A stretch of DNA of 64,000 bases. It comes from Ostreococcus lucimarinus (lineage: Eukaryota). Each line of letters starts with the position of its first letter. Positions within the stretch are counted from its first letter, which is position 1. The notes beneath the pieces are model-generated. The model was not told the origin of the DNA. It was given only the letters and a program-made list of their open reading frames with translations, and searched no databases. Both the position numbers and the translations under genes were made by a program. Shown one piece after another: positions 49,310-58,682 of the stretch. The stretch lies in NCBI GenBank assembly GCA_000092065.1, contig CP000584.1; one strand, written 5' to 3'.

Positions 49310-52225
49310 ATGTCGCGCGACGAAGATTGCGACCTGAGTCCGCGCGAGATCGCGTCGCCGCGCGACGCCGACGACGAGGGCGATGATGTTCGCGTCGTGT
49401 GCATCGACGAAGGCGACGACGCGACGCCGCGCGCGCGCGCGTCCGCGGACGCGCCGGACGCGACGACGTCGACGCGAGCATTCCCAGGCGCGTCCACGGC
49501 GCCGGACGCGCGCGCGGCGCGGTTCAAACCGGAACTGAGCGTCAAGTCGTACTTTAAGAAGATTGAACCAAACGACGCGACGCGCGACGGCGACGCGACG
49601 ACGCCGGAGGACGCCTCGCCGAAGCGTCGGCGAGGGTTGGTGAAGATTGAATTCGAAAAGGACAGGCGCGAATTCACGACGAAGGCGATCGGGGGATGTA
49701 AGGTGAAGTTTCCGGAGGGACTGAATCCACATCCGGCGCAGACGATGACGATGTCGAGCATCATTCGAGCGTTGACGAAACGCGAGCACGCGATGATTGA
49801 GTCGCCCACGGGGACGGGGAAAACGTTAGCGCTGTTGTGCGGGGCGTTGGCGTGGCAGGAACGAGAGGTGGCGCTTTCGATGGAGAAGAACAAGGGCTAT
49901 TGGTCGGAAAAGATGAAGTATCAAACGGCGCGGAACGCGTACAAAGACGCGGTGGAGAACGGGAAGACGCCGACGGTGGAGCGCGGCGTCGGTTGGGCCT
50001 CGAATGATCCGTATTTTCCGAATCCGCACGGTTCGACGCTCCGACCGAAGATTTTCATCTGTTCGCGAACGCATTCGCAGATTAATCAAATTTTGCGTGA
50101 ACTCAAGCGAACGGGGTATTCGCCGCGGTACAGCGTGCTGTCCTCGAGACAACGGATGTGCCCGATGGAAAAGAACGACGCGCAGTGCAAAGAATTACTC
50201 GGCACTGGAGTGGCTCAACAGAGCGGTCGCACGGCGTGCGGGTTTTTCAATCGACACAAGCACGTGTCGTCGAACATGGAGCGATACCCGAAGGCGGGCG
50301 AAGAAGGCATGTTTCCGAGCGCGTGGGACATGGAAGACTTTGAGCGCGTCGTGAATGAAATCGAAGGTTGTTCGTTTTACGCGCTTCGCGAGATGGTGAA
50401 GACCGCGGATTTGATCTTTTGCCCGTACAATTATCTGTTTGACGTGAACATTCGACGAAAGATGAAGATAGATCTGAAGGACGCCGCCGTCATCATCGAT
50501 GAAGGGCACAATCTTGAAGACGTGTGCAGAGAAGGTTCGTCGATTGAGTTTTCGCTCGACACCATCGGAAAAGGTATGGATGAGTTGTCGAAGACTTGGG
50601 GGAAAATCAACAACGAAACGAGTTTGATCGCCAGATTCTTTCGAGCGATTTCCGCGTTCATGGAGGGTCTTTTCTGCACCAACACCGCGCCGACGACGGT
50701 GATTCAATCGAACCAGCTCGAGTACTTCGTAAACGACATGCTGAAAACATTCAACGCGGTGGGTGAGTACACGCAGGACATCATAGACGTCGTAGAAAAG
50801 TTACTCACTGAGGACAGCAATTTGATGTCGCCTATCATCGCGCCGCACATTACGTTCGCCGGAGATCTAGCCGAAGTTTTGCAAAACGCCGTCAAGCACG
50901 CGGCTGCGTACAACATTTTCATCGGCTCGCGGGTTGAAATCGACGGCGATGAATGTCCAGGTATGGTGATTCAGTGCATGAAGCCGTCAGTCGCGTTTCA
51001 CGCCGTTGCGGAGAAAGCGCGCTCGGTAATCATCACCTCTGGTACGTTGTCGCCGATGAATACGTTCGAGGCGGAGCTCGCCGAGAAGTTTCCGACGAAA
51101 ATCGAAGCGCCCCACGTGGTGCCAAACGATCACGTGTACGTCGAAGTGACGAGCGCGATTGGCGAGGTGACGTACAAGGCGACAGATGGACACGTCCAAG
51201 GACCGAAGTTCGCGAAAAAGTTGGGCGAATACTTGTTGAAATACGCTCAAGTCATCCCGGGAGGGATGCTCGTGTTTCTTCCAAAGTATAGTCTCATCGA
51301 CCGCGTCTTGCGCGAATGGCACGTGACTGGTTTGTTTGGGAAGATGAACGATTACAAACGCGTCGTCGTGGAAACGCGGGGCGCGCGAGGTTTCCAGGAC
51401 ACCCTGAACGAATTCAATCTCGGAAACACGAACGGTAAAGGATCGTTGATGCTTGCCGTGTACCGCGGTAAAGTGTCCGAAGGTATCGATTTCAAAGACG
51501 ACAGCGCGCGGGCTGTGTTTTGCGTCGGCATTCCGTTTCCGAGCGTCTACGACATCAAGGTGAAGGCGAAGAAAGAATTTAACGATTTACCCGTTTCTCG
51601 AGCGCAAGGCATGCTATCGGGCGGCGAGTGGTACCGCGCGCAGGCGTACCGCGCGTACAACCAAGCGCTCGGTCGTTGCATTCGCCATCCGAAGGATTAC
51701 GCCGCGTTGTTCCTCGTCGACTCGCGTTTTCGCGAAAGTCGTTGGATGCTGAACAACATCTCTAAATGGATTCGCAACAACGCGCAGGCGTCCGACGACG
51801 TCAATCAAAGCGTGCGAGTGGTGGATGGATTCTTTAAGCGCCTTCGCGGCGCATCCGACGGAAACGCGCCGGCGGGGTCGACGGCAAAGCACGAGGAAAC
51901 TCAACAAAAAGAAAATCTCCTCTGCGGCCTGGGGTGCGAGAAAAACGCCGCGCTCTGCGCCGCGCTCGAGAGACTCCACGAAGCGAGTATGCTTTCGCCC
52001 GAGGAGCCGATGAAAGTGAACGCGTATGCGAAAGCGTTGACGTCCATTCGCGCGTTGAAGTACGAAGTCACGAGTGGCGCGAAGATGAGTAAAGCGGGTC
52101 CCGACAAAGTGCAGCACGTCGGACCGTCCATGGGCGCGCAAATCGATTTCTTTCTCAAGCACGGCGTCTTCGAACGAATGGAGTATTACGAGCGCAAAGA
52201 GCTTCCCCCGTCGTCGGCGAAGTAG
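49310..52225 (+). CDS. FANCJ/RTEL-family Fe-S DNA helicase (DEAD_2 plus Helicase_C_2) with C-terminal Pol-beta-like 8-kDa HhH domain
   Basis: Motif I ESPTGTGKTLALLCGALAWQ, IFICSRTHSQI, an Fe-S Cys cluster (CPMEKNDAQCKELLG...GRTACGFF), the DEAH box (IIDEGHNLED) and C-terminal helicase motifs (IITSGTLSP, VFCVGIPFP, GRCIRHPKDY). It is most similar to BRIP1/FANCJ around the Fe-S and arch regions. The last about 90 aa align to the Pol beta lyase/HhH domain. The start is set at the ATG at 49310, because the 49178 ORF start overlaps the upstream gene. Confidence 0.85.
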   Translation: MSRDEDCDLSPREIASPRDADDEGDDVRVVCIDEGDDATPRARASADAPDATTSTRAFPGASTAPDARAARFKPELSVKSYFKKIEPNDATRDGDATTPEDASPKRRRGLVKIEFEKDRREFTTKAIGGCKVKFPEGLNPHPAQTMTMSSIIRALTKREHAMIESPTGTGKTLALLCGALAWQEREVALSMEKNKGYWSEKMKYQTARNAYKDAVENGKTPTVERGVGWASNDPYFPNPHGSTLRPKIFICSRTHSQINQILRELKRTGYSPRYSVLSSRQRMCPMEKNDAQCKELLGTGVAQQSGRTACGFFNRHKHVSSNMERYPKAGEEGMFPSAWDMEDFERVVNEIEGCSFYALREMVKTADLIFCPYNYLFDVNIRRKMKIDLKDAAVIIDEGHNLEDVCREGSSIEFSLDTIGKGMDELSKTWGKINNETSLIARFFRAISAFMEGLFCTNTAPTTVIQSNQLEYFVNDMLKTFNAVGEYTQDIIDVVEKLLTEDSNLMSPIIAPHITFAGDLAEVLQNAVKHAAAYNIFIGSRVEIDGDECPGMVIQCMKPSVAFHAVAEKARSVIITSGTLSPMNTFEAELAEKFPTKIEAPHVVPNDHVYVEVTSAIGEVTYKATDGHVQGPKFAKKLGEYLLKYAQVIPGGMLVFLPKYSLIDRVLREWHVTGLFGKMNDYKRVVVETRGARGFQDTLNEFNLGNTNGKGSLMLAVYRGKVSEGIDFKDDSARAVFCVGIPFPSVYDIKVKAKKEFNDLPVSRAQGMLSGGEWYRAQAYRAYNQALGRCIRHPKDYAALFLVDSRFRESRWMLNNISKWIRNNAQASDDVNQSVRVVDGFFKRLRGASDGNAPAGSTAKHEETQQKENLLCGLGCEKNAALCAALERLHEASMLSPEEPMKVNAYAKALTSIRALKYEVTSGAKMSKAGPDKVQHVGPSMGAQIDFFLKHGVFERMEYYERKELPPSSAK

Positions 52226-52286
52226 AACTGAAATGTAAATGTACAATAAATAGCTTTGGTAATACGAATACAAACGCGCGCATCGT

Positions 52287-52988
52287 TTAGAACCGCCGAC
52301 GCGCCTCCGCGCTCGCCTCTCGCGCCTCGAAAAATCGCGACAACGCGATCACCGCCGCGTGCGTGACGCTCAACGACTCGATCAAGCGTCCCATCGGTAT
52401 GCTGCACAGCGCGTCGCACAGCGCCAGCTCTCGCTCCGACAACCCATCCGCCTCGTTCCCGAACACCAACGCCAATTTCCCTCCGTCTTCGCCTCCTCCC
52501 GGATACGCCGCCGTCAGCGCCGCCAAATCGTCGAATCGCGCGCGCGACGCCTCCGCCTCCGCGTCGTCGAGCCTCCACGGATGAAATCCGACCACCGTTC
52601 CCACCGTCCCGCGCAGCGCGTCCTCCAGGCTCGCGTGCGCGTCCGCCGCGCGCGGCACCAACCACTGCGCCCCCTTCGCCGCGTTCACGCACGCGCGGCA
52701 CTCGACGTCGCACAGCGGCGTCGCCACGCGAAAATCGCAGCACTCGAACGCCGCGCACGCCCTCGCCATCGCCCCGACGTTCGACGCCGTCTTGGGCGAG
52801 CAGAATATCACGCACACGTCGCGAAGCGTCCCCGGCGGGTCCTCGAGCGCGCCTCGCGGGCCTCGGCGAAGCGACGCCGCCCAGCGGTCGCGATGTCGGT
52901 TATCGCCGCGCCGCGCGCCGCGCGCGCGCTTCGCCGCGCCCTCGCGCGCCGGTTCGCCCGCGAGACGCGCGCGCGCCGCCGCGAACAT
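52287..52988 (-). CDS. SpoU/TrmH-family RNA 2'-O-ribose methyltransferase
   Basis: SpoU-type motifs (VIFCSPKTASNVGAMARACAAFE, LALVFGNEADGLSERELALCDALCSIPMGRLIESLSVTHAAVIALSRF). Confidence 0.75.
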   Translation of the reverse strand: MFAAARARLAGEPAREGAAKRARGARRGDNRHRDRWAASLRRGPRGALEDPPGTLRDVCVIFCSPKTASNVGAMARACAAFECCDFRVATPLCDVECRACVNAAKGAQWLVPRAADAHASLEDALRGTVGTVVGFHPWRLDDAEAEASRARFDDLAALTAAYPGGGEDGGKLALVFGNEADGLSERELALCDALCSIPMGRLIESLSVTHAAVIALSRFFEAREASAEARRRF

Positions 52989-53008
52989 GACGCTTTTCGC
53001 GGCGACGA

Positions 53009-55060
53009 ATGGCGCGTCACATCGCCGCGCGCTCGACCGCGCGCGCGCCGGCGCGCATGCGCTTCGAGCTCGACCCCGACGACGTCTTCTACCGCGCCGC
53101 GGACGCGCGCGCGTCGCGCGACGACGACGACGACGCGAATCGCGTGCGCGTCGAGGTGCACTTTTCGGGACATCGCTCGACGCTCGACGCGAATTGCGAC
53201 GCGGTGCGCGCGACGATCGCGCGCGTCGCGCGCGGACACGTGTGGGCGCGCGATGCGCCGCGCGTGGCGCCGATCGCGGGGTCGAACGCGTGCGAGTGGT
53301 CGGTGTGGGTCGGAGACGACGTCGACGACGCGTGGTTGGCGGCGGCGTGCGCGCTCGAGACGTCGAGCGAGCGCGCGGACGTCGCGCGCGCGGTGCGAGT
53401 CTGGGACGACGACGGGGAGTTCACGCTGATCGAAACCGCGGAGGCGCTGCCGGCGTGGGTGACGCCGGAGCGCGCGACGGGGACGACGTTTTTGGTGAAG
53501 GGCGAGCTGGTGGTGCGGGACGGCGGGGCGACGGAACGCGCGGGGGGCGGGGCGAACGCGCGAGCGCGGACGAACGCGGCGTTGGAGACGCTCGACGACG
53601 CGGAGAGGATGCCGGAGGAAGCGCAGAAGATTTTGAGGGCGAGAACGGACGCGGCGACGCGCAAGGCGAAGGAAAATCGTCACGACGCGTTTGCGATTAC
53701 GCCGAGGCGCGTCGCGCGCGTGCTGCGACGAGAACCGCAACTCGTGGCGGCGGCGATCGAGAGTTTGCGAGCGCGCGATCCCGCGGGCGTGCGCGCGGCG
53801 GCGAAGATGACGCACTTCGAGCCGGTGGATTTTCACCCGACGCTGGTGCGAATGTCGCGATGGTTGTTCTCGGAAATCAGTCGCGAGCGTTTCGAAGCGC
53901 CGGAGCGATATCCGATGCCGCCAAAGAGCGCGGATGATTTCATCGCGCGCGAGCTCGGGATGAAGATCGCGTGCGGGTTCGAGATGTTACTCGCCGATCG
54001 CGGACCGGTCGTCGACGCGTCCGCGAGCGACGCCGAACCGGTGGACGATCGGGCGTGGACGACGTTTAAGGCGAGTTTGACGGAGAACGGGTATTTTAGA
54101 AACGAAATGGTTGGAAGCGCGATGTACAGGACGCTCCTGGCGAACGCGGTGCGCGAGTACAACGCGTCGCCACAAGCGTCGACGTCTCGCCGTGCGCAAC
54201 GTTCGGCGCCCGCCGAACGCGTTCGCGAGATTCTCGCCGCGCCCGAGAGCGACGACGACGCGTTGCGCGCGGCTTCGCCGAGCGACGCGAGCGATGAGAC
54301 TTGGCTTCTTGAAGCCGACAAAGCGCTGAACGAGGAGTTAGCCAAGCTAGAAAAAGAGCGCGAGCGCACGGTGTGCGACGCGACGAGGAGCGCGAGATCG
54401 TTCGTCGAGCGCGAATCCGGATTCGAAGGCGTGGAGACGCGATCGCGGCGGGTGAATCACAACGCCGCGCCGGGCGCGTGTCCGGGTGATTTAAACATCC
54501 CCGACGGCGATGCCGGGTTCAGCTTAGACGCTCGAAAGTTCCTCAGCGAACTCGGCAAGGCGCTCGCGATCGAGGACGACGACAAGTTGCGACGGTACCT
54601 GGACGCCGACGGCGCGGACTTTGATTCCGACGACTCCGACGACGACTTCAATTTCCCCGACGACTCCGACTCCGACGCCGCGCGTCGCCGCGCGCGCGAC
54701 TCCGACGACTTACCCGAGGACGATTTCTTCGCGTCGTCTTCCGATTCCCTCGACGCGGACTCCACCGACTTCGTCCACGTCGGCGACGACGCCTCCGACA
54801 GCGACGACGACGACGACGACGACGCCTTCGCCGCCCACTACGACGCCGTCCTCCGCCGACAACTCGCGTCCACCGACCTCGACGTCACGCCATCCGACGC
54901 CACCGACGCCGACGTCTCCGCCGCCCTCGCGCGCGGTTTTCTCCACAGCGCCTCCGCCGACGCCTCGCGCGCCGGTCCCGCCGCGAGTCTCCTCGCCGCC
55001 GCCGGCGTCCCCGCCGACGTCGCCCGCGCGCTCCACCTCCACCGCCCCGACGCCCCGTGA
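53009..55060 (+). CDS. ECD: Ecdysoneless (ECD/hSGT1) homolog
   Basis: It aligns with ECD in several segments (DDDGEFTLIETAEALPAWVTPE, EPQLVAAAIESL, RELGMKIACGFEML, NGYFRNEMVGSAMYRTLL) and has an acidic C-terminal tail. The start is at 53009 or the in-frame ATG at 53057. Confidence 0.8.
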   Translation: MARHIAARSTARAPARMRFELDPDDVFYRAADARASRDDDDDANRVRVEVHFSGHRSTLDANCDAVRATIARVARGHVWARDAPRVAPIAGSNACEWSVWVGDDVDDAWLAAACALETSSERADVARAVRVWDDDGEFTLIETAEALPAWVTPERATGTTFLVKGELVVRDGGATERAGGGANARARTNAALETLDDAERMPEEAQKILRARTDAATRKAKENRHDAFAITPRRVARVLRREPQLVAAAIESLRARDPAGVRAAAKMTHFEPVDFHPTLVRMSRWLFSEISRERFEAPERYPMPPKSADDFIARELGMKIACGFEMLLADRGPVVDASASDAEPVDDRAWTTFKASLTENGYFRNEMVGSAMYRTLLANAVREYNASPQASTSRRAQRSAPAERVREILAAPESDDDALRAASPSDASDETWLLEADKALNEELAKLEKERERTVCDATRSARSFVERESGFEGVETRSRRVNHNAAPGACPGDLNIPDGDAGFSLDARKFLSELGKALAIEDDDKLRRYLDADGADFDSDDSDDDFNFPDDSDSDAARRRARDSDDLPEDDFFASSSDSLDADSTDFVHVGDDASDSDDDDDDDAFAAHYDAVLRRQLASTDLDVTPSDATDADVSAALARGFLHSASADASRAGPAASLLAAAGVPADVARALHLHRPDAP

Positions 55061-55212
55061 CGTCGCCCCGACGTCGACGTTCGCTCGCATCGCGCGTTTA
55101 ATCCGATCCGTTCCGGTCGCGCGTCCCGAGCGTCCCGAGCGTCCTTCGCCGTCGTTCGCGCCTTCGCGCTCGTCGCCGTCCCGAGCGTTTATTTAAACCG
55201 GGTGTAATTGAA

Positions 55213-56421
55213 ATGCAAATTGCGATTGAAATCGCGTCGTCTTCCGCGTCCGACGCCGCGCCGCACTCGCCGACGGCCGTCATGCCCCCCGGCGACGCGC
55301 GCGACGGCGCGTCCGCGCTCGACGTCGCCGCGCGCGCGGCGTCGCGCGCGGAAGACGACGCGTGGGACGCGCACCACGACGCCCTGCTCGCGTGGTCCGT
55401 CGCGGACGGCCGCGACGGCGCGTGCAACGCGCCCTGGCGCGCGACGCACGCGGGACTCAACATCGGCGCGTGGCTGCAGAACCAGCGCGCGAAGCTAAGG
55501 GCGAAAAAGATGCCGAGGGAGCGGGCGACGAGGCTGGACGCGCTGACGGCGGCGGGACGATTGTGGATCGACGCGCCGGGACGGAAGGGATGGAACGAAC
55601 AGCTCGAGAAGCTCGCGGCGTGGGCGGAAAAGACGAACGGAGGGGTTGATTATAACGCGCCGGTCGGGACGACGCACGAGGGGGCGAAGATCGGGGCGTG
55701 GTTGGCGACGCAGCGAACGCGGCGAAGAGACGGCGAGAACGCGCGGCGACCGCTCAAGCCGGAGCAAGCGGCGGCGCTGGACGCGCTCGTCCTGAGGGGG
55801 GTGCTGAGGTGCGAGAAAGCGGATCCTTGGCCGAGGAAGTGGGCGCTGGTGCTGAAGTGGGGGGAAGAGCGCGCGAACGGGGAGCACTTTAACGTGCCGT
55901 ACGATTACAAGGATGGCGACGAACGCGTGGGGGTGTGGTTGAACACGCAGCGACAGCGGTTCCGCGGAGGGACGACGAAGAATTTGCCGCTCACGCCTTG
56001 GCAGACAGAGCAAATGCAAGCGATGATCGACGCCGGTAAGCTCTGGGTGCACGCCCCGGACGACGTGTGGGAGAAGAAGTTCGCGCTGCTCTTGCGATGG
56101 GGCAAAGAGAAGACGCGAGGCGTCAACTACAACGTGCCGCAGGGCGAGGAGTACGAGGGCGTCAACCTCGGCTCGTGGTTGAGCACGCAGCGCGCTCGAC
56201 TGTTGCACGAGACTCTCGGGAAAAACAGACCGCTCAGCGATGACGAACGTCGAAAGTTGCAGAAACTCATCGACGACGGCAAGCTGCGACCGTCGACGCC
56301 GCGAGGCAAGAACGCGGCGAAGGGACAGGGCAAGCGCGCGCCGCGAGGCAATCTCGACGACGTCGACGCCGCGCTCAACGTCGACCTGCCGCACACGTCG
56401 AAGAGAGGACGTAAAACGTAA
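55213..56421 (+). CDS. HA (helicase-associated, PF03457-like) domain repeat protein, 5 repeats
   Basis: A unit of about 65 aa occurs five times with the pattern W.....L..W......NVP.......G..LG.WL..QR........L...R...L......LW. Examples are HAGLNIGAWLQNQRAKLRAKKMPRERATRLDALTAAGRLW and EGVNLGSWLSTQRARLLHETLGKNRPLSDDERRKLQKLIDDGKL. The start is uncertain, at 55213 or 55282. Confidence 0.7.
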   Translation: MQIAIEIASSSASDAAPHSPTAVMPPGDARDGASALDVAARAASRAEDDAWDAHHDALLAWSVADGRDGACNAPWRATHAGLNIGAWLQNQRAKLRAKKMPRERATRLDALTAAGRLWIDAPGRKGWNEQLEKLAAWAEKTNGGVDYNAPVGTTHEGAKIGAWLATQRTRRRDGENARRPLKPEQAAALDALVLRGVLRCEKADPWPRKWALVLKWGEERANGEHFNVPYDYKDGDERVGVWLNTQRQRFRGGTTKNLPLTPWQTEQMQAMIDAGKLWVHAPDDVWEKKFALLLRWGKEKTRGVNYNVPQGEEYEGVNLGSWLSTQRARLLHETLGKNRPLSDDERRKLQKLIDDGKLRPSTPRGKNAAKGQGKRAPRGNLDDVDAALNVDLPHTSKRGRKT

Positions 56422-56519
56422 GAAATGCCTTAGCGCGACGTGTAAAGAAATGTTCCCATACGAAACGCCGCGTCGCGAGCGCGCCCCACACGCGAGCGCG
56501 CTCGCGAGTCGTCGCCGCG

Positions 56520-58468
56520 ATGGATCTCTCGGAGGCGCACAAGGAATACGTCAAGCGCATGCTCGACGTCGCGAAGGGCGGCATGAAGGCCCTGGTGTGC
56601 GATCCGGTGACGGTGCGCGCGATCGACGACTCAACGACTTTGCGATTTGACGACGCATTCGACGCGACGGCGACGCGATCGAGGCACTGACGGCGAATTC
56701 GTTCGACGCAGGTGAACATATTGAGTGTGGTGATGTCACAGAGCGAAGTTCTCGCGCGTGAGGTGCGTGTGCGAGGACGTGGGCGCGCGATTTCGGAATG
56801 TTGAAAGTGACAAGTGACGCGTTCGAGCGCGCAAAGCGCGACGTCGCGTTCGAGCGCGCGAAGCGCCGATTCGAGGCGCGAGACTGATGCTCGTATATTT
56901 TGTGCGCGTTCTAGGTGTTTTTGATCGAGCAGTTGCACGAGCGCCCGCACGAGGAGATGCCGCACCTGAAGGCGGTGGTGTTCGTGAGGCCGACGAGGGA
57001 AAACGTGCGAACGCTCGGGAAACAGTTGAAACAGCGGACGTACGGAGAGTATCACGTCTTCTTTTCGAACGTGTGCCCAGAAGGATTGCTGCAGGAGCTC
57101 GCGGCGGAGGATGACGACGAGCTCGTGGTGCAGGTGCAAGAGTATTACGCGGACGCGACGGCGGTGGATCGAAACACGTTTGCGCTAGAGTTGGGAGAGT
57201 CGAATAGCGCGCTCATGAACCCGGGGCAGTGGTCTCGCAGCGTGGGGATGGCGGTAGATAGATGTGTGGAAGGAATCACGAGCGTGTTGCTGTCGCTGAA
57301 GCGTAGACCGTTCATTAGGCACCAGCGCTCGAGTGAGGCGGCGAGACGACTGGCGGCGGACGTCGCGAGAGTGGTGTACGAGCAAGAGGCGGGATTGTTT
57401 GATTTCCCTCGCGCGGATGGCGCGGCGCATTTATTAGTTCTCGATCGTTTCGACGACGCCGTCACGCCGCTGCTGTCGCAGTGGACCTATCAAGCCATGG
57501 TGCACGAGATTTTTGGCATTTCGAGCACGAACAGAGTAGATTTACGGCACGTCAAGGCGCTGAGCAAAGAGCTTCGTGAACTCGTGCTGAGCGCGCGCGA
57601 GGATGCATTTTTCGCAGAGAACATGTACGCCAACTACGGCGATTTGGGGGCGAGCGTCAAGGCTTTGGTGGATGAGTTCCAACAACAGACAAAGATGAGC
57701 AAGAAGATTGAATCCATAGACGACATGGCGCGATTCGTGGAATCGTACCCAGAGTTTAGGGCGAAGAGTGGAAATGTCTCCAAACACGTCGCGCTGATGT
57801 CCGAACTGAGCTCTGTGATATCACAGCGGCGTCTGATGGCGGCGTCGCAGGTTGAACAAGAGGTTGTGTGCGGCACGGATCGCGCCGGCGCGTTTACGCA
57901 AGTCGTCGACGCGCTACGCAATCCACAGCTTCTAGAGGAGGAGCGACTGAAACTCGTGCTGCTGTTCGCGTTGCGCTACGAAAATGAGCAAAGCCAAATC
58001 GCAGACTTGACGGAAATTCTCATGCAACAAGGCGTCAGTCGCTCGCGCATCGGACTCGTGCGCACAATTTTAAAGCACGGCGGGGAAGCCGCGCGCACGG
58101 GCGATTTGTTCGGCAACCGCTCATTCCTCGGCCGTGCGAGCAAGGTCGTCGGCAGTCTCAAAGGCGTCGAAAACGTCTACACGCAGCACCAACCGCTGTT
58201 AAGTTCGACGATTCAATCCGCCGCCAAGGGCTCGCTGAAAAATGAAGATTATCCATTCGTCGGCCCGTCGCCCAACGGCGCCGCCGCCGCCAAGCCCACC
58301 GAACTCATCGTCTTCATCATCGGTGGCATTTGCTACGAAGAGACCAAGGTATGCGAGCAGTTTAATGCCCTCAAAACCGGTGTCACCGTCGTCCTCGGCG
58401 GCTCCACCGTCTTAAACGCGCGAGCCTTCGTCGACGATTTACGAAAGCTTCAAGAAGCAGGCGGATAG
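56520..58468 (+). CDS. VPS45: VPS45 (Sec1/Munc18 family); join(56520..56612,56711..56761,56915..58468)
   Basis: The main ORF at 56915 is collinear with VPS45 from LHERPHEEMPHLKAVVFVRPTRENV to the C-terminus. The missing N-terminus is recovered as two micro-exons, MDLSEAHKEYVKRMLDVAKGGMKALVCDPVT and VNILSVVMSQSEVLARE, matching VPS45 ([42 protein letters not shown]). The introns have GTGCGC and GTGCGT donors. Confidence 0.85.
56613..56710 (+). other. Intron 1 (98 nt) of VPS45
   Basis: GTGCGC donor, cactgac branch and cgacgcag acceptor. The exon junction restores the conserved VPS45 N-terminus. Confidence 0.7.
56762..56914 (+). other. Intron 2 (153 nt) of VPS45
   Basis: GTGCGT donor, gactgat branch and ttctag acceptor. 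The second exon (VNILSVVMSQSEVLARE) joins in frame to VFLIEQLHERP. Confidence 0.7.
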
Positions 58469-58682
58469 CCGACATCGAGTCGCCGACGCCGAGCCGCCGA
58501 CGGCGTCCCCACCACCCCCGCGAACCTCGCGAACGACACCACCCTCCAAATGAATAAAATATCGCGTCATTATCGCTCCGTTCTCGTCTGGTCCGTCTTC
58601 GCTCTCGCGCGCGACGGGCGTCGGGTCGCCTCGGGTTTGCCGGCTCGCGGTCGCCTCGGCCTCGCCTCACACCTCGTCCGCG

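Noticed and set aside
52792-53937. 381-aa + ORF and 342-aa minus ORF (52808..53836)
   Set aside because: They are out-of-frame or antisense readings of the SpoU and Ecdysoneless genes and are extreme Arg/Gly/Ala-rich strings.
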